A stretch of 64,000 nt of DNA from an uncultured Candidatus Peribacteria bacterium (GCA_964554785.1 CAZKPW010000002.1:35428-99427), one strand, 5' to 3'; shown: positions 9,248-19,456, numbered from the stretch's first letter. Numbers and translations are program-made. Notes: generated by a model from the sequence alone, not told the origin.

Positions 9248-11305
9248 TTATTTCCGACTGACCCGTGCCGAGAATTTTGCCATGCGAGCTTCCATCCGTG
9301 CGAGCATCTTTTTGAGTATGGGAGCAACACGGGGATTTGCCGCAATTTGCTGTCGCACGCGTTCTTCCAATCGCATGCGGACGCTTGCAAGAACCGGCTG
9401 TGCCGTAGGTGCCGTTGCCGCAGAGGCGGAAGGAGCGGCGGGAGATCCAATGGCAGCGGTTGCGGGAGCCGCGGGGTGAGCTGCAGATGTTCCTGTCGTG
9501 CGCTGTTGCAAGGCACGCACAATTGCCGCAGTTCCGCCGCCTCCTCCACGTCCGCCGCCCGTACTCTGTTGCGGCGCTGCGCTGGAGCTGGAAGCCGCCG
9601 TGCTCACGGTCGCAGTGGCATTTGCGGCACCCGAATAATTGGTCGATGTATCTTTTGCAAAAATACTGTAGTAGTACGTGCCGTCGGACAGTGAGGTGTT
9701 GTTATAACTGGTGCCGGTTTCATTTTGCACCACTAATGTTCCTTCGCTCACGCTTGTTGGATATGTTGATGTGCTGCGCCGTATGGTGACGGAGGAAAAG
9801 TCAGAATCGACGGGATTCGTCCAAGTCAACGCGGCGGTAGAACCGGCGACACTGACGGCAAAAGAGGAGGGAGCTGCAGGAGGGGTCGTATCAACCGTCG
9901 CCGTTGCTTGTGCAACCGTGGAATAATTGCCGCGCAGATCGCGGGCGAAAATGCTGTAGTAGTATACCCCGTCGACAAGACTCGTCTGACTGGTGCTTGT
10001 ACCGGTTACTCCCGATGACACTGCGGTACCGTTTGTATGGCTTGTGGGATAGGCGCTTGCGCTGCGGCGAATGGTAGTTGAAAGGAAATCGCTGTCCACG
10101 GGATTGGTCCAGCTGAGATTTATGGTGCTGGATGTTGCCGATGCCGCGAAAGAAGATGGTGCGGATGGAGCGGTGGTATCGGTGGTCACGACAATTGCCT
10201 GATTTGATGCAATGAGCAGAGCAGATGAACTGTCCAAAGCAGCACCCGCACGACTCAAGTTGCTAATATTGGGAAGGACTGCGGATGCGGTATCCGCGGT
10301 AACGGTACCGGAAGCAATGGTAAGCTGCGCTGCATAGGTCAGAAATCCTCCATCGGCATTATTGCGATACAACACGACGCCATGCGATGCATCTGTGGCA
10401 ATGACCAATGGATAGTATGCAGATACGGCATTAATAGCCTGGCTGGTGCCGGCAGAAAGCGTGACATCGGAGAGGGTGGCGACAAAGGCGTAGCTGTTAT
10501 CTCCGGTGGTGGAACGATAGCCCACAAGCGCATGTGTCGCATCCAATTTACTGATGGAGGGATCGCTACTGTATCCCGAGAAAGTGACGGCCGATCCGAG
10601 GGTTATGGTTGTATCACTCACCGATCCTGCCACAATGTAGGGAGTGCCGGCAGCGAGATTGTAACCCGCAACAAAGTGCGTGCTGTCCATTGCAGCAATA
10701 CTGACGTACTGCCCGCTATTGGCGGAGAGTGTTGTTGCACTACCAAACGTAATGGTTGTTCCGCTTATACTCGCTACAACGACTTTAGTTGAAAAAGTGC
10801 CGGCCTGTGTTACATAGACGACTGCAATGTGTGTGGAGTCCAAAGCCGCGACAGACATCACCTGGCTGCCTGTTCTCATGGATGTTGAAATAGTCGCAGG
10901 CGATCCATACGAAATGGTGGATCCCGATACAGTGGCAACCACTGCATAGCTGGTACCGCCTGTCTCATACACGATGACCGCATGTGTGGAATCCAGTGTT
11001 GCGGCATTAATACTGTATGTATTTGCTCCATTAAACTGATAGGTCGATCCGAATGTCACGTCGGTCCCGTCTACTGTTGCAATGGCAGCAAGTCCGGTCG
11101 ACGATGCTCCATACGCCACAAGCACGTGCGTGCTATCCAATTTTGCCGCTCCCTGAAAACCAATGGAGGAGCCAAAACTGACGGCAGTCCCCAAGGTAAG
11201 CGTGGCAGCTTCCGCAAAAAACGGAATGAAGAGCAAGGCAAGCAAAGCCCATGAAAGAGAGCGTGAAGATTTCATGGAGATGATTGTGCTCTTACTTTCA
11301 CTCAC
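9248..11305 (-). CDS. secreted repeat protein: seven propeller-like blades, two FN3-like domains, low-complexity tail
   Basis: Signal-like MKSSRSLSWALLALLFIPFFAEA, so the start may be the Met at 11275. Seven repeats of about 48 aa are marked by LDSTH/LDATH/TDASH. Two near-identical modules read APSSFA..W TNPVDSDF..IRRS..YPTS..YYYSIFA.D, which is FN3-like. The tail is Gly/Ala/Ser-rich. Confidence 0.75.
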   Translation of the reverse strand: MSESKSTIISMKSSRSLSWALLALLFIPFFAEAATLTLGTAVSFGSSIGFQGAAKLDSTHVLVAYGASSTGLAAIATVDGTDVTFGSTYQFNGANTYSINAATLDSTHAVIVYETGGTSYAVVATVSGSTISYGSPATISTSMRTGSQVMSVAALDSTHIAVVYVTQAGTFSTKVVVASISGTTITFGSATTLSANSGQYVSIAAMDSTHFVAGYNLAAGTPYIVAGSVSDTTITLGSAVTFSGYSSDPSISKLDATHALVGYRSTTGDNSYAFVATLSDVTLSAGTSQAINAVSAYYPLVIATDASHGVVLYRNNADGGFLTYAAQLTIASGTVTADTASAVLPNISNLSRAGAALDSSSALLIASNQAIVVTTDTTAPSAPSSFAASATSSTINLSWTNPVDSDFLSTTIRRSASAYPTSHTNGTAVSSGVTGTSTSQTSLVDGVYYYSIFARDLRGNYSTVAQATATVDTTPPAAPSSFAVSVAGSTAALTWTNPVDSDFSSVTIRRSTSTYPTSVSEGTLVVQNETGTSYNNTSLSDGTYYYSIFAKDTSTNYSGAANATATVSTAASSSSAAPQQSTGGGRGGGGGTAAIVRALQQRTTGTSAAHPAAPATAAIGSPAAPSASAATAPTAQPVLASVRMRLEERVRQQIAANPRVAPILKKMLARMEARMAKFSARVSRK

Positions 11306-11400
11306 AGCAAAATAATTAGAACCTTGCGGCAGCAGTTCCGCCAGACGAATTCAGGGAATAGGTGAGTGCACGTCGACACGGCTATTCCCTGAATCAAAGA

Positions 11401-12729
11401 TCAGGAAAGTCTGCGTATATCTTCGCCGATATCAAACACGGGAACATCCAGTGCCGCCGTAAGAATACTCTCGGCAACCATGCTTCTGTATCCGCCTGCG
11501 CAATGCACCGCAATCGGTTTATCGACGGGAATCTCCCGAGCACGATCGCGCAGTTCATTGAGCGGAATGTTCAGTGCATGGCTGAAAATGGGATTCTGTT
11601 CATTTTCGTAGGACTGACGGACATCCACAATCGTGTAGTCGGTCGCATGCTCCAAAAATGTCTTCATATCGACAGTGTGCGAGGTTTCGTTTCCTGCATT
11701 GCCAACAATGACGCCATCTACATTCAATTCATACCCGATTTTTGCAACGCGTTCGAGCACGCGCAGGCGGGCTGCCTCATCGTGTACGACAAGCGTGAAC
11801 CGTTCATCGGGATGGACAATCGTACCCAGCCACGTTTCAAACTTCAGGCCGTTTTCCGCTATGTGCAGGGCTCCGTGCAGATGTCCGGCGTTGTACTGCG
11901 CTGCATCGCGCGTATCAATGACCAGCGTACTTCCCGAACTGTCTGTCACCGTTTGAATGCGTGACAGGCTCTGTGCCATATCCGGTGCACCATTTCTGTT
12001 GAGCGCAACATCGTAGCCGAAGTACTGCGGGATCATCGGCTGGCCGTCGGTCAGCATGGTCACAAACTCTTCTTTCGACATGTTCTGAAATGCAGGGTTG
12101 GTCGCGCGTTCATCGCCAATGGTTGTCGATGGCGCATCGCGCAATGCTTTGCCGCAGAGAGTGCCGGCACCGTGCGCGGGATACACAATCACAGAGTCCG
12201 GCAACGGCTTGAGCATGTGTTGGACCGTGTCGTACATCATGCCGGCCAGTTCCTCGCGCTTTGCCTGAATGTTGCCCGCGTTCTCGCGCAAGTCCGGTCT
12301 GCCGACATCGCCCACGAAGAGCGTATCGCCGGAGAAGAGCGCCTGCTCCGTTCCGTCCGCATCGCGCACTAAAATGCTGATGCTGTCCGGTGAATGACCG
12401 GGCGTGTTCAGTGATTCCAGTGTGACAGTTCCCAGAGTGAGAGAGTCGCCGTTATCAAAACCAATATGGTCGTATGCAGCGCCAAGTAATGTGCTGATGT
12501 AAATGGGTGCACCGGTGAGTGTATGCAGTTCCAGATGTCCGCTCACGAAGTCCGCATGCGGATGCGTCTCGATAATCGCTTTCAGAGTGAGGCCTTTTTC
12601 CTCCAGCATGGATAGGATAGGACGGATATCACGCGCGGGATCAATCACGGCGGCATCGGTACCGCTTTGTATCAGGTATCCGTACTGCGCAAGATTTCGG
12701 TCGGTGAATTGATGAATGGTGTGGTTCAT
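11401..12729 (-). CDS. MBL-fold metallo-hydrolase (persulfide dioxygenase-like) fused to two rhodanese domains
   Basis: Metallo-beta-lactamase motif ETHPHADFVSGH. The C-terminal rhodanese domain has the active-site loop HCAGGYRS. The middle rhodanese-like domain has no active-site Cys. Confidence 0.8.
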   Translation of the reverse strand: MNHTIHQFTDRNLAQYGYLIQSGTDAAVIDPARDIRPILSMLEEKGLTLKAIIETHPHADFVSGHLELHTLTGAPIYISTLLGAAYDHIGFDNGDSLTLGTVTLESLNTPGHSPDSISILVRDADGTEQALFSGDTLFVGDVGRPDLRENAGNIQAKREELAGMMYDTVQHMLKPLPDSVIVYPAHGAGTLCGKALRDAPSTTIGDERATNPAFQNMSKEEFVTMLTDGQPMIPQYFGYDVALNRNGAPDMAQSLSRIQTVTDSSGSTLVIDTRDAAQYNAGHLHGALHIAENGLKFETWLGTIVHPDERFTLVVHDEAARLRVLERVAKIGYELNVDGVIVGNAGNETSHTVDMKTFLEHATDYTIVDVRQSYENEQNPIFSHALNIPLNELRDRAREIPVDKPIAVHCAGGYRSMVAESILTAALDVPVFDIGEDIRRLS

Positions 12730-12771
12730 GGGTGAGGGGGTAGGGAGTAGCTTGTAGGTTGTAGGGATTCT

Positions 12772-13293
12772 TTATGATTTGCGATTCCAGGGCATGCGCA
12801 TAAGGAAAAGTGCCAGCATGCAGTTTCCCGACAGTCCGGCGTAGATCAGGCCCAGAGATGCAAAGAGCGAGAGCAGCTGAAACCAGGGGGACACAAGTGC
12901 AGAGAGCACGATGCCCGTGGCGACAATACTTCCTGCACCCAGTAACACTTGCTGTTGCAGGGGGAGAGTGTTCGATGTTTTAACAGTCCGAAATCCGGCG
13001 CGCTTCATGTCATCAATGCCGCCTTCAATACTTGTTGCATGTGCAAGCTGCGCATCGTGCAGACGTACGCAGGCCTGTCCGCTGCGGTTGCCGCTTCTGC
13101 AGTAGAGATAAATATGCTGGTACGAGCGCAGTGTCTCTGCATGTTCGAGCACGGTATCGAGCGGCATGTTGATGCTGCCTTCAATGTGTTCATGTTTGAA
13201 TTCATCCGGCGAACGGACATCAATGATGGCGTAGGAGCCTGTAGTCAGTGTGCCGATGGTGTGATAAACGTCTTGTGGAGAGATGGTTTTCAT
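12772..13293 (-). CDS. rhodanese-domain sulfurtransferase with YgaP/DUF2892-like membrane C-terminus
   Basis: Rhodanese active-site loop YCRSGNRSGQ. Hydrophobic C-terminal segment with LSGNCMLALFLMRMPW. Confidence 0.75.
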   Translation of the reverse strand: MKTISPQDVYHTIGTLTTGSYAIIDVRSPDEFKHEHIEGSINMPLDTVLEHAETLRSYQHIYLYCRSGNRSGQACVRLHDAQLAHATSIEGGIDDMKRAGFRTVKTSNTLPLQQQVLLGAGSIVATGIVLSALVSPWFQLLSLFASLGLIYAGLSGNCMLALFLMRMPWNRKS

Positions 13294-13295
13294 TA

Positions 13296-13586
13296 TTAGG
13301 ATTTGTAAAGGGATACAACACGGGAGAGTTTGGCTGCTTTGTCTGCCGACACTTTTTTGCCGCCCAGAATGTCTTCCAGAATGTACGTCTCCACAATACT
13401 TGCGCGGGCGGAGTCGAATGAACGGAGGATGGAGTTCGTGAGCATGGCAACATCGTCACAGGAGTTGCCGGCTTCCACCGCGCGCTTCAGGCTGTCGATT
13501 TGCCCTTGGATGCGGCTGAGGTGATGGATAATTTTTTGGCAGTTGGGAGAGGTGGTCATGAGTGGTTGGGTAGAAAGTACGGACAT
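13296..13586 (-). CDS. CsoR/RcnR/FrmR-family metal- or persulfide-sensing transcriptional repressor (atypical ligand set)
   Basis: Family core HHLSRIQGQIDSLKRAVEAGNSCDDV. The stop lies 2 nt from the rhodanese start. The start could instead be Met10 (13559). Confidence 0.75.
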   Translation of the reverse strand: MSVLSTQPLMTTSPNCQKIIHHLSRIQGQIDSLKRAVEAGNSCDDVAMLTNSILRSFDSARASIVETYILEDILGGKKVSADKAAKLSRVVSLYKS

Positions 13587-13688
13587 AGTATACCCCCTAC
13601 CCTATGTATGCAAGAGGGATGTCTGGAGAAAAAATCTGACCATGTGACAGATATGTTTGCGTCGCCCGTTTCATGTTAGAATTTTCCC

Positions 13689-14597
13689 ATGCAAAAAATC
13701 ATCCCCCACCTCTGGTTCGACACCCAAGCTGTAGAAGCAGCAGAATTTTACGTTTCCGCTTTCGGCAACGGTTCAAACATCACCCATCAATCAAAAATCA
13801 CAAACACTCCCTCCGGAGACTGCGACATTGTGTCGTTCGATCTCTGCGGCTATTCCTTTATGGGCATCAGCGCCGGGCCGGCTTTCAAGATCAATCCATG
13901 CATATCGTTCATGTTGAACTTCGATCCGTCGAAAGATCCGGATGCTCGAAAAAATCTCGATGCACTTTGGGAGAAATTGTCCGATGGTGGAACTGCACTG
14001 ATGCCACTCGATACGTATCCCTTTAGTGATCACTACGGATGGATTCAGGATAAGTACGGCGTGAACTGGCAGTTAATACTTACGAAGCCCGAAGGCGAAC
14101 CGCGTCCATTTATCATTCCATCCATCATGTTCACAGGGGATATGACGGGTAAGGCAGATGAGGCCATCGACTTCTATGTATCAATTTTCAAAGATTCTAA
14201 GCGCGGACTCACAGCACCCTATCCACCGGGAGCATCGCCGGAGCCTGCCGCCAAGATTATGTTTGCGGAGTTCATGCTGGAGGGTCAGTGGTTTACGGCT
14301 ATGGATAGCGGACATATGCACAAGTTTGGTTTCAACGAAGCAGTCTCGCTGCTCGTGAGCTGCAAGGATCAGGAGGAGATTGATTATTATTGGGACAAGC
14401 TGTCTGCTGTGCCTGAAGCGGAACAATGCGGTTGGATGAAAGACAAGTACGGGCTGTCGTGGCAAATTTCCCCGGTGGCGATGATGGACATACTGGGGAG
14501 CGGCAATCAGGAGAAGATCGACCGCGTCATGCAGGCATTCATGCCTATGAAGAAGGTGGATATTGCCGCACTGACAGAGGCGGCGGAGGGAAAGTGA
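13689..14597 (+). CDS. VOC-superfamily protein, two PhnB / 3-demethylubiquinone-9 3-methyltransferase-like domains
   Basis: N-terminus MQKIIPHLWFDTQAVEAAEFYVSAFG, with a second repeat of the same fold (IIPSIMFTG..AIDFYVSIF). Confidence 0.7.
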   Translation: MQKIIPHLWFDTQAVEAAEFYVSAFGNGSNITHQSKITNTPSGDCDIVSFDLCGYSFMGISAGPAFKINPCISFMLNFDPSKDPDARKNLDALWEKLSDGGTALMPLDTYPFSDHYGWIQDKYGVNWQLILTKPEGEPRPFIIPSIMFTGDMTGKADEAIDFYVSIFKDSKRGLTAPYPPGASPEPAAKIMFAEFMLEGQWFTAMDSGHMHKFGFNEAVSLLVSCKDQEEIDYYWDKLSAVPEAEQCGWMKDKYGLSWQISPVAMMDILGSGNQEKIDRVMQAFMPMKKVDIAALTEAAEGK

Positions 14598-14643
14598 TGA
14601 AACAGTTGTGTAACGTTTTTGTATCCAGTACGTCATATAGAGT

Positions 14644-15039
14644 ATGAAGAAAGCACTCGTTATAACCGTTGGCATCGTCGTTGTTCTTGTTGCCGGTTTC
14701 TATGCATTCAATGCGTATATCTACAACGAAAAACAGGGCGATGGAAACGACATCACGTCCTACCGCGGAACGCTTAGCGGGGAAGTGGTGTGTTTACCGC
14801 ATGCAGATACAAGCGGGCCGCAGACGATGGAATGCGCATACGGACTTAAAACCGATGTCGGTGAATACTACGCGCTGGATCTCTCGGTTCTGTCACAGGA
14901 ACAGCCGCCGCTGGAAACAGGGGAGCGCATCAAAGCGAATGGCTTGATCACACCCATTGAAATGCTGAGTGCTGATCACTGGAAAACATATGCGATTGAA
15001 GGTATTTTTTCCGTGACGGACTCGGTGGAGAAGTTGTAA
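14644..15039 (+). CDS. hypothetical membrane-anchored protein (131 aa)
   Basis: ORF with an N-terminal hydrophobic helix ALVITVGIVVVLVAGFYAF. Confidence 0.55.
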   Translation: MKKALVITVGIVVVLVAGFYAFNAYIYNEKQGDGNDITSYRGTLSGEVVCLPHADTSGPQTMECAYGLKTDVGEYYALDLSVLSQEQPPLETGERIKANGLITPIEMLSADHWKTYAIEGIFSVTDSVEKL

Positions 15040-15058
15040 GGAAGAGTATACTAGTCGT

Positions 15059-15811
15059 ATGTTCCGGATTCAGATGCTCTGCAAAAACCTCGGCATGCCT
15101 GTCTGGATTCTTCTGGCAAAAGTATTTGCGCTCTGGGCTTTTGTGAATGTCGGCTGCTATGTCGTGCTTCCACTGTTCGGGTTTGATGCGAGCTATAACG
15201 CAAACCCGGTGATTATTGCACTCTTGTTTCTGGTGTGGGCTTTTCTATGCATTCTGTGTTTTCGGGATGTGTTCGATGCATGGAGGAATGAAGGGAAGTC
15301 GATACGGATATTCCGCTGGATAAAACCCAAGAAGCCGAATATACGGATTATAGTGATGCAAAGCGTTGCGGGTGCCATTTTGCTCTGTCTTTTACTGGTC
15401 ATGTTTTCGTTGTTTCCGGCGCTCAGAGGTCCGACATTCGCCCCATACACGGACATCGTTCTTTCCACGCCGTGGTACTTTCTTCCGAAATCCATGGAAA
15501 TTCTCGTCCAGCAAATTTTGCTGACGGCGTTCGTTCTTGTCTTCCATTTGAAGTACCGCTCTTTCAAAAAAGTTATTGTCGGGTACCTGCTATTTTTCGG
15601 CGGCGCTCATTTTTTATATGCGTTTACCGGCACGCCCACGCCGTATTGGATGACCGTGACCGCTGCAGCACTGTTATCCGCCGCGGTGTTCCCGTATCTG
15701 ATTCTGCGTGTGCGCGGAGGTTTTGTGTTTACCTACATGCTCCACCTCTGTTTTTATATCGTCCTGGCCATGCTCATTCATATCTGGCCGCCGCCCGGGT
15801 ATTTTTCATAG
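15059..15811 (+). CDS. polytopic membrane protein, weakly CPBP-protease-like
   Basis: Multiple hydrophobic helices. GGAHFLY and YMLHLCFY weakly resemble CPBP motifs 2 and 3. Confidence 0.5.
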   Translation: MFRIQMLCKNLGMPVWILLAKVFALWAFVNVGCYVVLPLFGFDASYNANPVIIALLFLVWAFLCILCFRDVFDAWRNEGKSIRIFRWIKPKKPNIRIIVMQSVAGAILLCLLLVMFSLFPALRGPTFAPYTDIVLSTPWYFLPKSMEILVQQILLTAFVLVFHLKYRSFKKVIVGYLLFFGGAHFLYAFTGTPTPYWMTVTAAALLSAAVFPYLILRVRGGFVFTYMLHLCFYIVLAMLIHIWPPPGYFS

Positions 15812-15871
15812 TTCGGGAAATATTCCGCGCAGGTACAGTCGATTCTGTGCCGCTATTGGCATACATCTGAA

Positions 15872-15906
15872 CAGGAAGGCGGCACGTTGAACGTGTCGCC
15901 TTCCTG
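15872..15906. terminator. long hairpin between convergent genes
   Basis: CAGGAAGGCG (15872..15881) pairs with CGCCTTCCTG (15897..15906), with an inner CACGT/ACGTG pairing. U-tracts are weak. Confidence 0.45.
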
Positions 15907-15913
15907 TATTTGA

Positions 15914-16507
15914 TTATTGATTGTAGCCCCATGCCTGCTGCCAGCTTTTCATCATATCAATTTCACTTTGCTGAGCAGAGATAATGGCATCGGCCATATT
16001 TTTAATTTCATCGTGCTTGGCAGCCGACTTTGCGGCAATGGCCATGTCGATGGCACCTTGGTGATGCGGAATCATGCCTTCTATAAATGCGGCGTCGAAT
16101 GCGTCGCCGGTTTTGCCTTTCAGCATTGTGGACATGTCATTCATCGACATGCTCATAGCATCACCGTCCATCATATCTTCGTCATCCATCATGTCGCGCA
16201 TGCCGTTCATTCCGCCCATCATGTGCGTTATGCCGTTATTGGTGTACTCGGCTCTTTCAAGCATCATGCCGCCGCGTGCAAAGCGCTGTGTCGGCAGCAA
16301 CAAGAGCGTTACCAAACAAACCGCGATGCCCGCAACAAAAAGACGCAGGCCCCACAGCTTCATTTGCGCAACCGTGAGAGTTTTTGCAGCCCACAAAAGA
16401 AGAAGTAAAACGCCGATAGTGGCGGCAAACATGCCGACGGAGTGGAGAATCCACAGAAGAAGAAGACCGAGATCCGGGCCGGTGGTGTAGGGAATATTGT
16501 CCATCAT
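15914..16507 (-). CDS. DUF305-family protein with Met/Asp-rich segment (copper-resistance associated)
   Basis: FIEGMIPHHQGAIDMA and ISAQQSEIDMMKSW are DUF305 signatures. Met-rich stretch MMGGMNGMRDMMDDEDMMDGDAMSMSMNDMSTM. Last gene of the cop operon. Confidence 0.75.
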   Translation of the reverse strand: MMDNIPYTTGPDLGLLLLWILHSVGMFAATIGVLLLLLWAAKTLTVAQMKLWGLRLFVAGIAVCLVTLLLLPTQRFARGGMMLERAEYTNNGITHMMGGMNGMRDMMDDEDMMDGDAMSMSMNDMSTMLKGKTGDAFDAAFIEGMIPHHQGAIDMAIAAKSAAKHDEIKNMADAIISAQQSEIDMMKSWQQAWGYNQ

Positions 16508-16543
16508 AGGAAGAAAAGAAAGAGGGAGATAAAAAAGCCAAGA

Positions 16544-18871
16544 TTAGGAGCTGACTCTTGCAAAAAAGAAGAAGAGTGCAGCAAAGCCGACAGTCATAAT
16601 AATAGGCGCACTATCCGATAAAAGATTCCTCTTCTGCGGACTGAATCCTTTCAAGAGCAGGGAGTTCGAGACGACAGACACGGAGCTGAATGCCATTGCC
16701 AGGCCTGCAAGCTCCGGACGCAGCACGATGCCGAATCCCATAAACAGACGTGCGGCTATTGGAATGCCGACAATGTTATAGAAGAGCGCGAAGAACATGT
16801 TCTGGCGGATTTTGGTGACAGTCGCACGACTGAGCTTGATGGCGCTCACAACATCGCGGAGATCATTTTTTACCAGCACTATTCCACCTGTTTCCATCGC
16901 AATATCCGTGCCGCTTCCCATTGCGATTCCAAGATCGGCTTGTGCAAGGGCGGGGCTGTCATTAATGCCGTCGCCGACCATCACCACTTTCCTTCCTGCG
17001 GCTTGCAGCTTTTTAATTTCATGCGCTTTCTCCGTGGGGAGTACGTCCGCAAGAACATGAATAATGCCCAGACGCGATGCAATTGCTTGTGCAGTTCGCA
17101 TATTGTCACCGGTAATCATATAGACCTCTATACCCATTTTCTGCAATTGCTCGATCGCCTCTTTCGATGTTTCTTTGATAGTATCTGCAACGGCAATAAT
17201 GCCGATCACTCCTGTGTGTGTTGCAAAAAGCATGGCGGTCTTCCCTGCATCTTCAAGCATCTGCAACGCATTTTCCTGTTCGGCAATGTCGATATGTTCT
17301 TTCTGCATGAGTGCGCGATTGCCAAGAAAATATTTTTCTCCATCTATGGAACCTTCGATGCCATGGCCGGGGATTGCCGCGAATCCCTCTGCTTTGCGAA
17401 GAGTGAGTTCTTTCGAAAGCGCGAATGCGACAATGCTTTCTGCCAGCGGATGTTCGGACCCTTGTTCCAGCGATGCGGCAATGCTGAGGACATCATTCTG
17501 ATTGCCATTGATGGCTATAACATCGGTTACTTCGGGCTTCCCTTTTGTCAGCGTGCCTGTTTTATCAAACACAATGGTATCAATACTTTTGGCTGCCTCC
17601 AGAGGTTCACCGCCGCGAATGAGAATGCCGTTCTCTGCGCCTTTTCCGGTTGCGACCATAATAGCGGTCGGCGTTGCAAGGCCTAGGGCGCAGGGGCAGG
17701 CGATGACAAGGACCGAGACGGCGGACAGAATCGAGAAGGATATTGTTGCGCCCGCAAGCATCCAGCCTATTAACGTCATAATTGCAATGATGATGACAAC
17801 CGGCACAAACCAAGAAGATACTTTGTCGGCAAAATCTTGAATGGGTGCTTTGGATCCCTGTGCTTCTTCCACAAAGCGAATAATTTGCGCGAGCGCGGTC
17901 TCGCTCCCGACTTTCTCCGCGCGGAATTCAATGCTGCCGTTGCCGTTCATGGTGGCACCGAAGACTCTGTCGCCTTCTTTCTTTTCGACCGGAATGCTTT
18001 CACCGGTCAGCATCGATTCATCAATCGACGTGAGTCCATTAATGACAATGCCATCAACGGGAATTTTTTCACCTGGGCGCACAACCACAATGTCACCCGC
18101 AACCACCTGCTCTATGGGAATATCCATCGTTTTTCCATCGCGAATGACGCGTGCGGTTTTCGCTTGCAGGTTCATCAATTTTTGAATAGCTTCCGATGTT
18201 TTGCCCTTTGCGCGAGACTCCATCCATTTTCCAAGGAGGACGAAGGTAATGAGAAAAGCAGCAACTTCAAAATAGAGATCATGAACATTGCCAAAGGCTG
18301 TGCGTTCAGTAAAAATATGAACAATAAAATTATACAAACTGTAAAGATAGGCCGTGTACGTCCCGATTGCTATCAAGCTATCCATGCTGAATGTTCCCAT
18401 TTTCAGGCTCGACCAAAATCCCTTGAAGAATCCGGAACCCAACCAGAACTGAACCGGTGTCGCAAGAATAAAGGATGCAATGCCCATGTACGGCATCAGG
18501 TTCTGAGACGTAACCGATGCAGGGAAAAATGCGAGGACCATGAAGACAAACATCGGCGCACTCAGGACAAGTCCGGCCAGAAATTTATTCCGGTAGTCCT
18601 TGGTTTCTTTTTCTCTGCGGTTCCTATCCAATTCCACGCCATGATGTCCGTGCTGCTGGGGCTCGGCTCCGTAGCCGGTTGCCTGTACGACATGCATAAG
18701 ATCATGCTCCGATACTTTGGCAGGATCGTATTGAATACGCGCTTTTTCCGCGCCGTAATTCACGCTGGCATCTTCCACACCCGGTGTCTTTTTCAGTTTC
18801 CGGGTGATGAGTGCCGCGCAACTGGCGCAATGCATGCCGGTAATAGTCAGGTTGCATTGCTGGGTGCTCAT
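16544..18871 (-). CDS. copA: copper-translocating P1B-type ATPase
   Basis: N-terminal HMA motif GMHCASCA, transmembrane [10 protein letters not shown], phosphorylation site DKTGTLT, hinge [10 protein letters not shown]. Confidence 0.95.
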   Translation of the reverse strand: MSTQQCNLTITGMHCASCAALITRKLKKTPGVEDASVNYGAEKARIQYDPAKVSEHDLMHVVQATGYGAEPQQHGHHGVELDRNRREKETKDYRNKFLAGLVLSAPMFVFMVLAFFPASVTSQNLMPYMGIASFILATPVQFWLGSGFFKGFWSSLKMGTFSMDSLIAIGTYTAYLYSLYNFIVHIFTERTAFGNVHDLYFEVAAFLITFVLLGKWMESRAKGKTSEAIQKLMNLQAKTARVIRDGKTMDIPIEQVVAGDIVVVRPGEKIPVDGIVINGLTSIDESMLTGESIPVEKKEGDRVFGATMNGNGSIEFRAEKVGSETALAQIIRFVEEAQGSKAPIQDFADKVSSWFVPVVIIIAIMTLIGWMLAGATISFSILSAVSVLVIACPCALGLATPTAIMVATGKGAENGILIRGGEPLEAAKSIDTIVFDKTGTLTKGKPEVTDVIAINGNQNDVLSIAASLEQGSEHPLAESIVAFALSKELTLRKAEGFAAIPGHGIEGSIDGEKYFLGNRALMQKEHIDIAEQENALQMLEDAGKTAMLFATHTGVIGIIAVADTIKETSKEAIEQLQKMGIEVYMITGDNMRTAQAIASRLGIIHVLADVLPTEKAHEIKKLQAAGRKVVMVGDGINDSPALAQADLGIAMGSGTDIAMETGGIVLVKNDLRDVVSAIKLSRATVTKIRQNMFFALFYNIVGIPIAARLFMGFGIVLRPELAGLAMAFSSVSVVSNSLLLKGFSPQKRNLLSDSAPIIMTVGFAALFFFFARVSS

Positions 18872-19083
18872 GCGATTGTGTGAACGGTATAGGCAGGATT
18901 CAGACTTTCAATTTCCTTGGTCCAGGTATCCAGATCAAATTCGTCATCGTGATCAATGACGACAGTTTTTGTAGCCAAATCGACATCAACCTGCTCGATG
19001 GATGCATCATCTTTGCTGACATCTTTAATGAGCATTGCACATCCTTCACAGTGAATACCGGGGATAGAGACTGTTGTGGTCAT
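18868..19083 (-). CDS. copZ: heavy-metal-associated domain copper chaperone
   Basis: [16 protein letters not shown] (MxCxxC-type). Start placed at Met29 of the 99-aa ORF, which avoids overlap with csoR. Its stop overlaps the copA start. Confidence 0.8.
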   Translation of the reverse strand: MTTTVSIPGIHCEGCAMLIKDVSKDDASIEQVDVDLATKTVVIDHDDEFDLDTWTKEIESLNPAYTVHTIA

Positions 19084-19126
19084 AAAAATAGGAGGAAGGG
19101 GATATACGATAAATGACAACGCATAA

Positions 19127-19396
19127 TCAGCGCTTAGACAGTCCGACGACTTTGATAATTTCTTCAATGAAATGATCCTTCTCCGCAGGCGAAGACATTT
19201 TCTTCACAGCGCATGTTTGCAGATGGCTTTCCAGGACTGCTGATTGGATGTGTTTAATGTGCCCCTGCATGGCCAACGCAAGCTCCAGTACATCAACACA
19301 GTAGGTATCGTCTTCCACGTCTTTCCGCAATTTGGCAGTCAATCCTTCCAGTCGTTTGATGGCTGCAATAGTTTTCTTTTTTGCATCATCCCTCAT
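19127..19396 (-). CDS. csoR: copper-sensing CsoR-family repressor
   Basis: Canonical x-C-H-C ligand pattern: YCVDV, then ESHLQTC. It sits directly upstream of copZ-copA. Confidence 0.85.
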   Translation of the reverse strand: MRDDAKKKTIAAIKRLEGLTAKLRKDVEDDTYCVDVLELALAMQGHIKHIQSAVLESHLQTCAVKKMSSPAEKDHFIEEIIKVVGLSKR

Positions 19397-19428
19397 AGTA
19401 TTAGGGGGTAGGGGTAGGGGGTACTACT

Positions 19429-19456
19429 AGATTAGGCTTTGAAATTTTTTTGTCAA
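19429..19456 (-). promoter_or_regulatory. candidate promoter of the csoR-copZ-copA operon
   Basis: On the minus strand: TTGACA (19456..19451), a 16-nt spacer, TAATCT (19434..19429). The C-tract motif GTACCCCCTACCCCTACCCCCTA lies between the -10 element and the ATG. Confidence 0.4.

Noticed and set aside
16940-18883. 248-aa and 348-aa + strand ORFs
   Set aside because: They are antisense to copA. Their sequence is Cys/His/Arg-rich and low-complexity, which is typical of shadow frames.
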